DNA of 64,000 bases, from positions 41,388 to 105,387 of the forward strand of contig CALVSI010000003.1 in NCBI GenBank assembly GCA_944358985.1. The letters run 5' to 3'. Position numbers and translations under genes: made by a program. This stretch comes from an uncultured Bacilli bacterium. GTDB lineage: Bacteria > Bacillota_I > Bacilli_A > RFN20 > CAG-826. Below the pieces are notes generated by a model. That model ran no database searches, was not told the DNA's origin, and saw nothing but the letters and a program-made list of their open reading frames with translations. Below, one piece after another: positions 39,399 through 48,239 of the stretch. Numbering within the stretch: the first letter of the stretch is position 1; every line of letters begins with the position of its first letter.

Positions 39399-41477
39399 AT
39401 GGCACGTGAATACGATTTAGCACATACAAGAAATATCGGCATCATGGCACACATTGATGCTGGTAAAACAACTTGCACAGAAAGAATTTTGTTCTTTACT
39501 CATAAAATCCATAAAATTGGCGAAACCCATGAGGGAAGCGCTACTATGGACTGGATGGTGCAAGAACAAGAAAGAGGTATTACTATTACTAGTGCAGCAA
39601 CAACTGCATTTTGGAAAGGTAATCGTATTAATATTATCGATACTCCTGGGCACGTCGACTTCACTGTTGAAGTTGAAAGATCGCTTCGTGTTTTAGATGG
39701 TGCAGTTACTGTCTTAGATGGTAAAAATGGTGTTGAACCACAAACTGAAACTGTTTGGAGACAAGGAAGTAAATATGGTGTTCCAAGAATTGTCTTTGTT
39801 AATAAACTAGACGCAATTGGTGCTGATTTTGAAATGAGTGTCAACTCTTTGCATGAACGTTTAGCCGCGAATGCAGTTGCTGTTCAATATCCTATCGGCA
39901 TTGAATCAACACTTAAAGGTTGTATCGATTTAGTGGAAATGAAGGGATGGGAATATGATAAAGATGTCAATGAACCACCTCATGAAGTTCCAATTCCAGC
40001 TGAATATGTTGATAAAGCTAATGAATTACATCAAAAATTATTAGAAGCTATTGCGGCTTTTGATGATGATATTATGATGAAAGTGTTAGAAGGCGAAACA
40101 CTTACTGTTGAAGAAATTAAATCAACAATAAGAAAAGCTGTTTTAACAGGTGAGTTCTTCCCAGTTTTCTGCGGCTCAGCATACAAAAATAAAAATATTC
40201 AATTATTGTTAGATGGTATTATTGACTATTTACCATCACCACTAGATATTCCGCCTGCTAAAGGGGAAGATAAAAATGGTGGAGAAGTTTTATGCGCCGC
40301 GGATGATGATGCACCTTTAGCGTCATTAGCATTTAAGATTGCTTCTGATCCATTTATTGGTCGTTTAGCGTATGTCCGTGTTTATTCTGGTGTTTTGAAA
40401 AGCGGTTCATATGTTTATAATTCCAGCAAAGGTGTCAAAGAAAGAATTGGACGTGTTGTCTTAATGCACGCTAATCATAGAGAAGAAGTTGATGCTCTAC
40501 ATGCTGGTGATATTGGTGCGGTTGTTGGTTTAAAAAACACAATAACTGGTGATACATTATGTGACCCTGAGCATATTGTTATTCTTGAGAAGATGGAGTT
40601 TCCAGAGCCAGTTATTGAAGAAGCAGTTGAACCAAAAACAAAAGCCGACCAAGAAAAAATGACAATCGCTTTATTAAAACTTGCAGAAGAAGACCCAACA
40701 TTTAAAGTTCACACTAATAATGAAACTGGTCAAACAATTATTGCCGGTGTCGGTGAATTGCATTTGGATGTCTTAGTTGATCGTTTAAGAAGAGAATTTA
40801 ATGTCCAAGTCAATGTTGGTGCTCCTCAAGTTGGATATCGTGAAACAATCAAATCCACTGCTGAATGTGAAGGAAAATATATCAGACAAAGCGGTGGTCG
40901 TGGTCAATATGGTCACGTTTGGATTAGATTTGAACCTAATCCAGGTAAAGGTTTTGAATTCGTAGACGCAATCGTTGGTGGTACTGTTCCAAAAGAATAC
41001 ATTAAGCCAACAAAAGATGGTCTTGAAGATTCTTTAAATCGTGGTTTAATTGCTGGTTATCCAGTCATGGATATCAAAGCTACTCTTTTCGATGGTAGTT
41101 ACCACGATGTCGACTCTAGTGAAGCTGCATTTAAAATTGCTGCTTCTATGGCTTTAAAAGAAGCAGCTAAAAAATGTAATCCTGTTTTATTAGAGCCAAT
41201 CATGTCATTAGAAATTACTGTTCCAGAACAATATTATGGTGATGTCGTTGGAGATATTGCTAGAAGAAGAGGTACAGTAATGGGTGAAAACCAAAGAGGA
41301 AATGCAAAAATTATTGATGCCCAAGTCCCACTCGCACAAATGTTTGGATACGTTACTGATTTGCGTTCAATGACACAAGGTAGAGGTAATTATACAATGC
41401 AATTTGACCACTATGGTGAATGCCCAAGATTCGTTGCTGAAGAAATTATTAAAAAATCAGGAATGAACAATCGTTAA
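39399..41477 (+). CDS. fusA: Elongation factor G (canonical)
   Basis: ORF track 39390..41477 starts at GTG; the ATG at 39399 (MAREYDL.., AGGTGG 5 nt upstream) is preferred. Canonical motifs are [21 protein letters not shown] and GSAYKN. Confidence 0.97.
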   Translation: MAREYDLAHTRNIGIMAHIDAGKTTCTERILFFTHKIHKIGETHEGSATMDWMVQEQERGITITSAATTAFWKGNRINIIDTPGHVDFTVEVERSLRVLDGAVTVLDGKNGVEPQTETVWRQGSKYGVPRIVFVNKLDAIGADFEMSVNSLHERLAANAVAVQYPIGIESTLKGCIDLVEMKGWEYDKDVNEPPHEVPIPAEYVDKANELHQKLLEAIAAFDDDIMMKVLEGETLTVEEIKSTIRKAVLTGEFFPVFCGSAYKNKNIQLLLDGIIDYLPSPLDIPPAKGEDKNGGEVLCAADDDAPLASLAFKIASDPFIGRLAYVRVYSGVLKSGSYVYNSSKGVKERIGRVVLMHANHREEVDALHAGDIGAVVGLKNTITGDTLCDPEHIVILEKMEFPEPVIEEAVEPKTKADQEKMTIALLKLAEEDPTFKVHTNNETGQTIIAGVGELHLDVLVDRLRREFNVQVNVGAPQVGYRETIKSTAECEGKYIRQSGGRGQYGHVWIRFEPNPGKGFEFVDAIVGGTVPKEYIKPTKDGLEDSLNRGLIAGYPVMDIKATLFDGSYHDVDSSEAAFKIAASMALKEAAKKCNPVLLEPIMSLEITVPEQYYGDVVGDIARRRGTVMGENQRGNAKIIDAQVPLAQMFGYVTDLRSMTQGRGNYTMQFDHYGECPRFVAEEIIKKSGMNNR

Positions 41478-41493
41478 TTAATACCTATTGGTA

Positions 41494-41521
41494 TTGACTA
41501 AAAAAACAAATTTGCTATACT
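41494..41521 (+). promoter_or_regulatory. Candidate internal promoter for tuf
   Basis: TTGACT (41494-41499), a 16-nt spacer, then TATACT (41516-41521), about 50 nt upstream of the tuf ATG. Confidence 0.45.
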
Positions 41522-41571
41522 TATTTCGTTAGAGTTTTTTTTGACGAAACTATTACTAAGGAGGAATCAAA

Positions 41572-42756
41572 ATGGCAAAAGAAAAATTTGATAGATCCAA
41601 AGTTCACGTGAATATTGGTACTATCGGACACGTTGATCATGGCAAAACTACATTAACCGCCGCGATCACAAAAGTTCTCGCCAAACAAGGCGGAGCAAAA
41701 GAAATGGCTTATGATCAAATCGATAAAGCTCCTGAAGAAAAAGCTCGTGGTATCACGATTAATACAGCTCACATCGAATATCAAACAGCTAAACGTCACT
41801 ATGCCCACGTTGACTGTCCAGGGCACGCTGACTATGTTAAAAATATGATTACTGGTGCAGCTCAAATGGATGGTGCTATCCTTGTTGTTGCTGCAACCGA
41901 TGGTGTTATGCCACAAACAAGAGAACACATCTTACTTGCTCGTCAAGTTGGTGTTCCATACATCGTTGTGTTCTTAAACAAAACTGATTTAGTTGATGAC
42001 CCAGAATTAATCGACTTAGTCGAAATGGATGTCCGTGATTTATTAAATAAATACGGATTCCCAGGTGATGAAGTTCCAGTCGTCAAAGGTTCTGCTCGTA
42101 AAGCATTAGATGGCGATCCAGAAGCTGAAAAAGCAATTCTTGAATTAATGGACGCTGTTGATAGCTATATTCCAAATCCTGTTCACGATTTAGACAAACC
42201 TTTCTTACTTGCTATCGAAGACGTTATGACCATCTCTGGTCGTGGTACTGTCGTTACTGGCCGTGTTGAAAGAGGTATTGCTAAATTAGGTGATGAAGTT
42301 GAAATCGTTGGTATTCGTCCAACAATCAAATCTGTCATTACTGGTCTTGAATCATTCCGTAAGATTCTTGATACAGCTGAAGCTGGCGATAACGTTGGTG
42401 TCTTGCTCCGTGGTATTAACCGTGATCAAGTCGAACGTGGTCAAGTTTTAGCAAAACCTGGTACTGTTACTCCTCACACCAAATTTAAAGCTAATGTCTA
42501 TGTTTTAACAAAAGAAGAAGGTGGCCGTCATACAGCTTTCTTAAGTAACTATCGTCCACAATTCTATTTCAGAACAACTGACGTTACTGGTGTTATTACT
42601 TTACCAAGTGATGTTAAGATGGTCATGCCAGGCGATAACGTTGAATTAACCGTTGAATTAATTCACCCAATCGCTATTGAAAAAGGTACCAAATTCTCCA
42701 TCCGTGAAGGTGGTAGAACCGTTGGTGCTGGTACCGTTAACGAAATCTTAAAATAA
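41572..42756 (+). CDS. tuf: Elongation factor Tu
   Basis: 394 aa. Contains [18 protein letters not shown] and NKTD. Confidence 0.98.
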   Translation: MAKEKFDRSKVHVNIGTIGHVDHGKTTLTAAITKVLAKQGGAKEMAYDQIDKAPEEKARGITINTAHIEYQTAKRHYAHVDCPGHADYVKNMITGAAQMDGAILVVAATDGVMPQTREHILLARQVGVPYIVVFLNKTDLVDDPELIDLVEMDVRDLLNKYGFPGDEVPVVKGSARKALDGDPEAEKAILELMDAVDSYIPNPVHDLDKPFLLAIEDVMTISGRGTVVTGRVERGIAKLGDEVEIVGIRPTIKSVITGLESFRKILDTAEAGDNVGVLLRGINRDQVERGQVLAKPGTVTPHTKFKANVYVLTKEEGGRHTAFLSNYRPQFYFRTTDVTGVITLPSDVKMVMPGDNVELTVELIHPIAIEKGTKFSIREGGRTVGAGTVNEILK

Positions 42757-42780
42757 GTTAACGTCTTAATTAAAACTAAT

Positions 42781-42818
42781 AAGACTGTTTAATCTAATAG
42801 GTTGGACAGTCTTTTTTT
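42781..42818 (+). terminator. Rho-independent terminator after tuf
   Basis: AAGACTGT (42781-42788) pairs with ACAGTCTT (42806-42813), followed by a T-run. Confidence 0.7.
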
Positions 42819-42982
42819 AAATCAAAGTAAAAATGGTATGGATAAAGATAATAAGAAAAAGATTTATCGTAGCATTATTTCATCTTTGTTTTTTTATTAG
42901 TGGATATTGGTTTTATTGTTATTGATTTGTTATATGTGTCTTAGACAATGAATTAATATTACTAACTTTATGATGTTTTTAG

Positions 42983-43014
42983 TATAATATATGCGTGCTC
43001 AGCACGTATATATT
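42983..43014 (+). promoter_or_regulatory. -10 box plus overlapping 29-bp palindromic operator upstream of the ZIP transporter operon
   Basis: TATAAT lies at 42983-42988. The inverted repeat 42986-43014 is centred on C43000. Its arms TATATGCGTGCT and AGCACGTATATA are extended by AA/TT, and its only imperfection is one G/T position. Confidence 0.6.
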
Positions 43015-43020
43015 TGTATT

Positions 43021-43860
43021 ATGGATCCGGTTTTATATGTAGTTATTGGTTTTGCGATTATTTTTTTAGGAACCACTTTAGGTAGTGCATTAGTTTTTAT
43101 TTTTAAAAAAGATATTTCACCACGCTTAAATACAATATTTCTTGGTTTTGCCGCGGGTGTCATGATAGCTGCCGCTATTTGGTCGTTAGTTGATCCAGCT
43201 TTAGAGCAAGGACATGAATTTTTTAAAAATTTATTTCCAGAACGTGAAGAAGGAGATGGATTAGTAACATTTTTAGGAGTTTTGCCAGCTGTAGGTGGCA
43301 TTGTGTTAGGATGTTTATTTTTATTATTGCTCGATCATATCATTCCACACATTCATAAAACTGGTAACGAAGAAGGCATAAAAAGTAGATTAAATAAAGA
43401 AATTAAATTTTTTCTTGCTGTTACAATTCATAATATTCCAGAAGGCTTGACTGTTGGTTTTGCTTTTGGTGCAGCCTGGGCAAATGTCGCTTCTGGTGGA
43501 GCAGAAGTTTTAATGGCTCCATTAGCGGTTGCGATTGGAATGGCTATTCAAAATTTTCCAGAAGGGGCAACTGTTGCATTACCATTTTCAACTGAGTTAA
43601 ATTCAAAAACAAAAGGATTTTTATTAGGAAGTGCATCTGGTATTGTTGAGCCAATCGCGGCAATTATCGGTTTCTTTTTATCTTTTGCCTTGGTAGGAGC
43701 ACAGCCATGGTTTTTAGCTTTTGGTGCTGGTGCGATGATTTTTGTTGTTATTGAAGATATTATTCCTGACGCTATGTCATTTAAAAAACCACATCTTGCT
43801 ACTTGGTCAGCAGTTATTGGGTTTTTGATTATGATGGCGTTAGATGTTACACTAGGATAG
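43021..43860 (+). CDS. ZIP family divalent-metal (zinc) transporter, ZupT/GufA-like
   Basis: ORF track 42991..43860; the ATG at 43021 is preferred because 42991 lies inside the operator palindrome. Eight TM segments with metal-site motifs HNIPEGLTVGFAFG and QNFPEGATVALPF. Confidence 0.8.
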   Translation: MDPVLYVVIGFAIIFLGTTLGSALVFIFKKDISPRLNTIFLGFAAGVMIAAAIWSLVDPALEQGHEFFKNLFPEREEGDGLVTFLGVLPAVGGIVLGCLFLLLLDHIIPHIHKTGNEEGIKSRLNKEIKFFLAVTIHNIPEGLTVGFAFGAAWANVASGGAEVLMAPLAVAIGMAIQNFPEGATVALPFSTELNSKTKGFLLGSASGIVEPIAAIIGFFLSFALVGAQPWFLAFGAGAMIFVVIEDIIPDAMSFKKPHLATWSAVIGFLIMMALDVTLG

Positions 43861-43863
43861 CAT

Positions 43864-44964
43864 ATGAAAGAAAAAAAGAAAGAAGAAAAATATTTAGATA
43901 TTGCTCCAATTACCAAGGGAAGAAGAATGTTAGTGTTTCTTGGGGATTTCTTTATTAATTTTATTGTTGCGATGTTTATATTTAATATTATTGCATTTCC
44001 TATTGGACAAGTTAGTTCTGGTTATGATGAAAAAATGGCTTTAATTGATAATGCCGAAAAAGATAGAAATCAAGTATTATATGATAATAAACTTTTGTAT
44101 TACGAATTGGATGAGGAAAAAAATTCTCTTCAATTAAATTTAAATTACACTTTTGATTTATATTTACGTTACTACGTGTTTGAAAATGATGAAGATGTTC
44201 AATATGAAGTCATTAAGAAATATTATGTTGAAATAGTTAAAGACGAATCTTTGTATTTAAATTTGTATCGTGATGTTAACAAAAGTTATAACTTTTTTGA
44301 TATAACAAATAACAATATTCATCTTAAACAAGAATACAAAGATAGTTTGAAATTGTATTTTGATGAAGATGATGTTTTAGGAGAAGAAGATTTACATAAC
44401 TATGATACTTTTTTAAATAACGTTTTCTTGTTTTTATATTCTGAAATGCTTTTAAATATCGAACAAAATAATACTATTCCAGAATATAACAACTATCAAA
44501 CTGTTGTTAAAGAAGTTAACAATTATTATGATATTTTAATTGTTACGTGTTCTTATGTCTCGTTTTTAATTAGCAGTATTATCTTTTATTTAGTTATACC
44601 TATGATTAATAAAAGCGGAAAGACAATAACAATGCAAATAATGAAAATTGAAAGAGTGGCAATTAACAATTTATATTTTTTAAAACGAAAAGAAAGAATA
44701 TTACAATTTGTTTTTGAATTAGTATTTAACTTAGCTTTCATCATGTTTTTACCATCATTTGTAGTTAGTTTTAATTATTTATTTTCCGCAGGGACTCTTT
44801 TTATTGTATCTTTAATTTCTTTAATTTTAATAATTGCTTCTTTTGTATCTATTTTACTAACAGCGTATAATCGCAGTTTAATTGACTTTATTTCTCAAAC
44901 TGTTTTAATATCAAGTGATGACTTTGATGAAATGGCAAGAATAAAAGGATATTTACATGATTGA
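43864..44964 (+). CDS. RDD-family membrane protein with a large inserted soluble domain (paralog 1)
   Basis: 366 aa, starting 3 nt after the ZIP stop. The N-terminal RDD-like segment is ITKGRRMLVFLGDFFINFIV and the distal segment is PMINKSGKTITMQIMKIERV. About 170 aa of Asn/Tyr/Glu-rich soluble sequence separates them. Confidence 0.6.
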   Translation: MKEKKKEEKYLDIAPITKGRRMLVFLGDFFINFIVAMFIFNIIAFPIGQVSSGYDEKMALIDNAEKDRNQVLYDNKLLYYELDEEKNSLQLNLNYTFDLYLRYYVFENDEDVQYEVIKKYYVEIVKDESLYLNLYRDVNKSYNFFDITNNNIHLKQEYKDSLKLYFDEDDVLGEEDLHNYDTFLNNVFLFLYSEMLLNIEQNNTIPEYNNYQTVVKEVNNYYDILIVTCSYVSFLISSIIFYLVIPMINKSGKTITMQIMKIERVAINNLYFLKRKERILQFVFELVFNLAFIMFLPSFVVSFNYLFSAGTLFIVSLISLILIIASFVSILLTAYNRSLIDFISQTVLISSDDFDEMARIKGYLHD

Positions 44965-45994
44965 AAACAAAGACAATAAAACTTATATAACTTACCAATA
45001 CGCAAGATTTTTCAAACGTGTTATGGCTAATCTAATTGATATTATTTTATTTTTGTTTTGTTTTGGTATTTTATTTGTTTCCACAAGAGCAATAGTTAAT
45101 TCCACAGAATATGGCAAAAATGTTAACGAAGAATTATATAACATTCGTTTAGAAAGCGGGCTATATGAACGTGTTGTTAGTCAGGATAATCGTTTATTAG
45201 ATATAGTTAGTTATATTAACGAATTCTATGGTTCCGCTAGTCAAAAAAAATCTAATGCAGTTGGATCTATTAATAAATTTTTAAATTATAGTCAAAAAGT
45301 GTGTGATGAGAAAACATATAATGAAATTTATGAAAGTTATTTAAATTATTTTTATGATGATGAATTAGTGTATTTTGATGAAAAAACTAATACAAGCACG
45401 CCTTATTTTTTAAAAGAAGTGGATGATGATGGTTTTGTAATTGAAAATGAAGAATGTCCTGCTAATTATTTAGAGTATTATGAAAATGCTTATGCACCAT
45501 TTATTGATAACGTATTGCAAGGTTATTTAATTACCGCAATTCCTAATTATTATGAACTAAATAAATTTTCTGGTGATATGTTATTTTATGTTGAAATACC
45601 AGTTTCTTATTTGTTGTCAGGTATATTAATTTATTTTGTTCCGACATTAATTTTTAAAAGAGGAAGAAAAACTTTTGGGAAAGCTATTTATCGTATTGGT
45701 TTAGTGGATAAAAACTTTCTAAATCCATCATTTGGTAGAAGTTTTGCAAGGTTTTGCATATTTTATTTTGCTGAATTAATTCTTTCATTGTTTACATTTG
45801 GTATTCCATACATTATTTCATTTTCGTTAATGGCGTTTTCTAAAAAAAGACAAGGTTTTTGCGATTACATGTTGGGGTTGTATGAAGTAGATACTACAAA
45901 TCTAAAAATATTTTATAATCTCACTGATGCAAAAATTAATTCGATTGAAAAGCCAACAAAAGATATCAAATTTAAAAATCGTGATTTAACATAA
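44957..45994 (+). CDS. RDD-family membrane protein with a large inserted soluble domain (paralog 2)
   Basis: 345 aa. Its start overlaps the previous stop (ATGATTGA). RDD-like segments are YARFFKRVMANLIDIILFLF and TLIFKRGRKTFGKAIYRIGLVDKN. Confidence 0.6.
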   Translation: MIENKDNKTYITYQYARFFKRVMANLIDIILFLFCFGILFVSTRAIVNSTEYGKNVNEELYNIRLESGLYERVVSQDNRLLDIVSYINEFYGSASQKKSNAVGSINKFLNYSQKVCDEKTYNEIYESYLNYFYDDELVYFDEKTNTSTPYFLKEVDDDGFVIENEECPANYLEYYENAYAPFIDNVLQGYLITAIPNYYELNKFSGDMLFYVEIPVSYLLSGILIYFVPTLIFKRGRKTFGKAIYRIGLVDKNFLNPSFGRSFARFCIFYFAELILSLFTFGIPYIISFSLMAFSKKRQGFCDYMLGLYEVDTTNLKIFYNLTDAKINSIEKPTKDIKFKNRDLT

Positions 45995-46058
45995 AAATAG
46001 TCTTCTGTCAACGCTAAAAAAACTCATTTTCAACATTGCTTGGAAAATAAAAAATGGT

Positions 46059-46087
46059 TTGCATATATACTTATTGTGATTTACAAT
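46059..46087 (+). promoter_or_regulatory. Near-consensus promoter for the 46132-59991 operon
   Basis: TTGCAT (46059-46064), a 17-nt spacer, then TACAAT (46082-46087), about 45 nt upstream of the ATG at 46132. Confidence 0.6.
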
Positions 46088-46131
46088 TTAATTGCACGAA
46101 TAATTAAATAATTATTGGAGGTTAATTGCCC

Positions 46132-48225
46132 ATGAGCAATAAAAGGTTATTCCTAACGGCGTCTATTGTCGCGATTGGTTTAGGTGGTGTTGCTTTGTTA
46201 AGCACGTCACTTTCACAACCTTCCTATAATTTTTCTCAAACAAAAAACATTAATAATGCAGCTAGTATCGATACGAAGAAAAATGCTGAAATAGTTATTG
46301 AAGATTTTGATTTTGAAAACGCTATTGGATTGTCGACAAGTGATTTAAGCATATCAATTACAAAATCATCTATAACTCCTGAAACACAGTCTTATTCTGT
46401 AACATTTTCTTCATCGATTTTGGCTTATGCTAATAGAGATGGAAAAGTTTATGTAACAATAACTGATCCATCATTTAATCCTAATGAACAAGAAACAATT
46501 TCAGATCCAGATTTAAGACCTAGATATCCTGGAGCAGTTTATACTATTACGAATGTTAAAACTAATAATGGATTAGGTGAATCTGTTGTTATTCCTCGTA
46601 CGATGGCAAGAGGTACACAATTTTACATCGATATAGATACAATTTATGAAAACGCTATTGATGAGACCAATAAAGCGAATGTAAATTCCATTGTTATTCC
46701 AAATAACATTGAATATATTTCTGAAAATGCATTTACAGGGTTAACCTTTCCTGACGTTAAAATTTATTGTGAAGCAGATGAAAAACCTGAAGGATGGGCC
46801 GATAATTGGACAGATTGTCAAAATATTGTTTGGGGATATACTCTAACTGAGGAACAAGAAAAAATAGCCACTTATAATGTACAAAGCAATCGTACTTTTG
46901 GTAATGATAGAAATTTCATGCTTGGATATGAAGATGGTGATGGTAGATATTATCCTTTGATTATGAAATATGATTTATTGGATTTATCCACTAATAGCGT
47001 AAGCGAAGAATATGCTGTTCTTCCAATAGATAGCGGAATTAGAAATTATGATGTCAATAGCCGCTATGAAGGTGTTGGAAGTTCTGTTGGTTCTTCAACT
47101 TATACAAAAACCATCGATATAGAAATGAGTGAGTCATATCAAATCCAAGATGACACTATCGTTTTTTATGGTATTTATGATGCCGAAAGAGAAGGACCAG
47201 GTAAACCATATTTTCCTGTTACTACTAATTCCTACTATGCAGGGGCTGGTGTAGGATATGCAATGCGAGAAAACATATCTGATTATATTACTTATGAATT
47301 TGATATGAGTTCTTCTTTTCAAGGCTTTACATCATTGTCAATGAATGTTGATAGAGTCCCTGGCATTTATGAAAAACTTAAAGAATCAACTTATGAAACT
47401 AATAAAGCAAATATCGCTAATGGGTTAATGTCAATTAGATATCGCTTTGTTAACTTAAATTCAATGTATTATCAAATAACATATGAATATAATGGCGAAC
47501 TTATTTCTGTTGATGTTCCAATCAATAGCGATATTCCAAGATATATTTTATCTTATGAAAAAGGAAATTATGTTTCGTTCTTAATTGAAAATTCCACTGT
47601 TGGAGAAGGATTTAACGGATCTAATATTAAAGAATTTTCTCTTGTTGGATTAACTATTTCAATGGATTTATTCACAACAAGTGGGGCAATTGTTTCTAAA
47701 TCATCAACCTCAACAAGATTTGGTGTTATTCCAGTAATTAGAACTGGCACTATGGTTGTACCAGAAGCCAAATCCACCGACAGCGGTACTACAAATTATT
47801 ATTTTGACAGCGTCAACTTCTATAATGGCGATTTAGTATTGATTCTAACTTGCGTTATATTTGCTGTTGTTTTTACATTAGGTGCAGTCGGATTATTCTT
47901 ATATATGAGACACAAATATCGTAATGATGAATTCAGACGTGTAAAACCTAAAAAATTTATTAAATCCGCAATTACATTATTTGCAGGAATGTTAACAGTA
48001 ATTTTAGCTATAATCTTCATTTACTTTAGAAGCGTCCCATTTAACAATGCGATTGTTGTTTTCAATCCTGTCGACATTTATGTCATTGTGTTTGCTATTG
48101 CTTCTGTGCTATTTATTGGCTATTACATTCGATATCTTTTAATAACTGTTAAGGCCGAAAGAGAACGAAGAAGAGTTATAAAATTAAAGTTGGATGAATC
48201 ATCAGATGATGATGGTACAAAATAA
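46132..48225 (+). CDS. Surface-exposed BspA-type leucine-rich-repeat protein with N-terminal signal/anchor and three C-terminal TM helices
   Basis: ORF track 46126..48225; the ATG at 46132 with GGAGG 10 nt upstream is preferred. The LRR_5-like block is VVIPRTMARGTQFYIDIDTIYENAI..VNSIVIPNNIEYISENAFTGL..VKIYCEADEKPEGWADNW. The C-terminal TMs are LVLILTCVIFAVVFTLGAVGLFLY, AITLFAGMLTVILAIIFIYF and IYVIVFAIASVLFIGYYIRYLL, followed by a charged tail. Confidence 0.65.
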   Translation: MSNKRLFLTASIVAIGLGGVALLSTSLSQPSYNFSQTKNINNAASIDTKKNAEIVIEDFDFENAIGLSTSDLSISITKSSITPETQSYSVTFSSSILAYANRDGKVYVTITDPSFNPNEQETISDPDLRPRYPGAVYTITNVKTNNGLGESVVIPRTMARGTQFYIDIDTIYENAIDETNKANVNSIVIPNNIEYISENAFTGLTFPDVKIYCEADEKPEGWADNWTDCQNIVWGYTLTEEQEKIATYNVQSNRTFGNDRNFMLGYEDGDGRYYPLIMKYDLLDLSTNSVSEEYAVLPIDSGIRNYDVNSRYEGVGSSVGSSTYTKTIDIEMSESYQIQDDTIVFYGIYDAEREGPGKPYFPVTTNSYYAGAGVGYAMRENISDYITYEFDMSSSFQGFTSLSMNVDRVPGIYEKLKESTYETNKANIANGLMSIRYRFVNLNSMYYQITYEYNGELISVDVPINSDIPRYILSYEKGNYVSFLIENSTVGEGFNGSNIKEFSLVGLTISMDLFTTSGAIVSKSSTSTRFGVIPVIRTGTMVVPEAKSTDSGTTNYYFDSVNFYNGDLVLILTCVIFAVVFTLGAVGLFLYMRHKYRNDEFRRVKPKKFIKSAITLFAGMLTVILAIIFIYFRSVPFNNAIVVFNPVDIYVIVFAIASVLFIGYYIRYLLITVKAERERRRVIKLKLDESSDDDGTK

Positions 48226-48239
48226 ATAAGGAGTTAGAT

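Noticed and set aside
26088-41928. Many antisense or out-of-frame track ORFs inside rplL, rpoB, rpoC, fusA and tuf (e.g. 26088..26354, 29650..29865, 30136..30363, 30859..31071, 31425..31661, 34398..34637, 39417..39844, 41653..41928)
   Set aside because: They are embedded in strongly supported conserved genes. Such ORFs are typical shadows of codon-biased, highly expressed genes, and nothing independent supports them.
42991-43020. Track start codon (ATG 42991) for the ZIP transporter
   Set aside because: It lies 2 nt after the -10 hexamer and inside the operator palindrome, so it is unlikely to be on the mRNA. The extra residues (MRAQHVYICI) are not part of the first TM helix. ATG 43021 is preferred.
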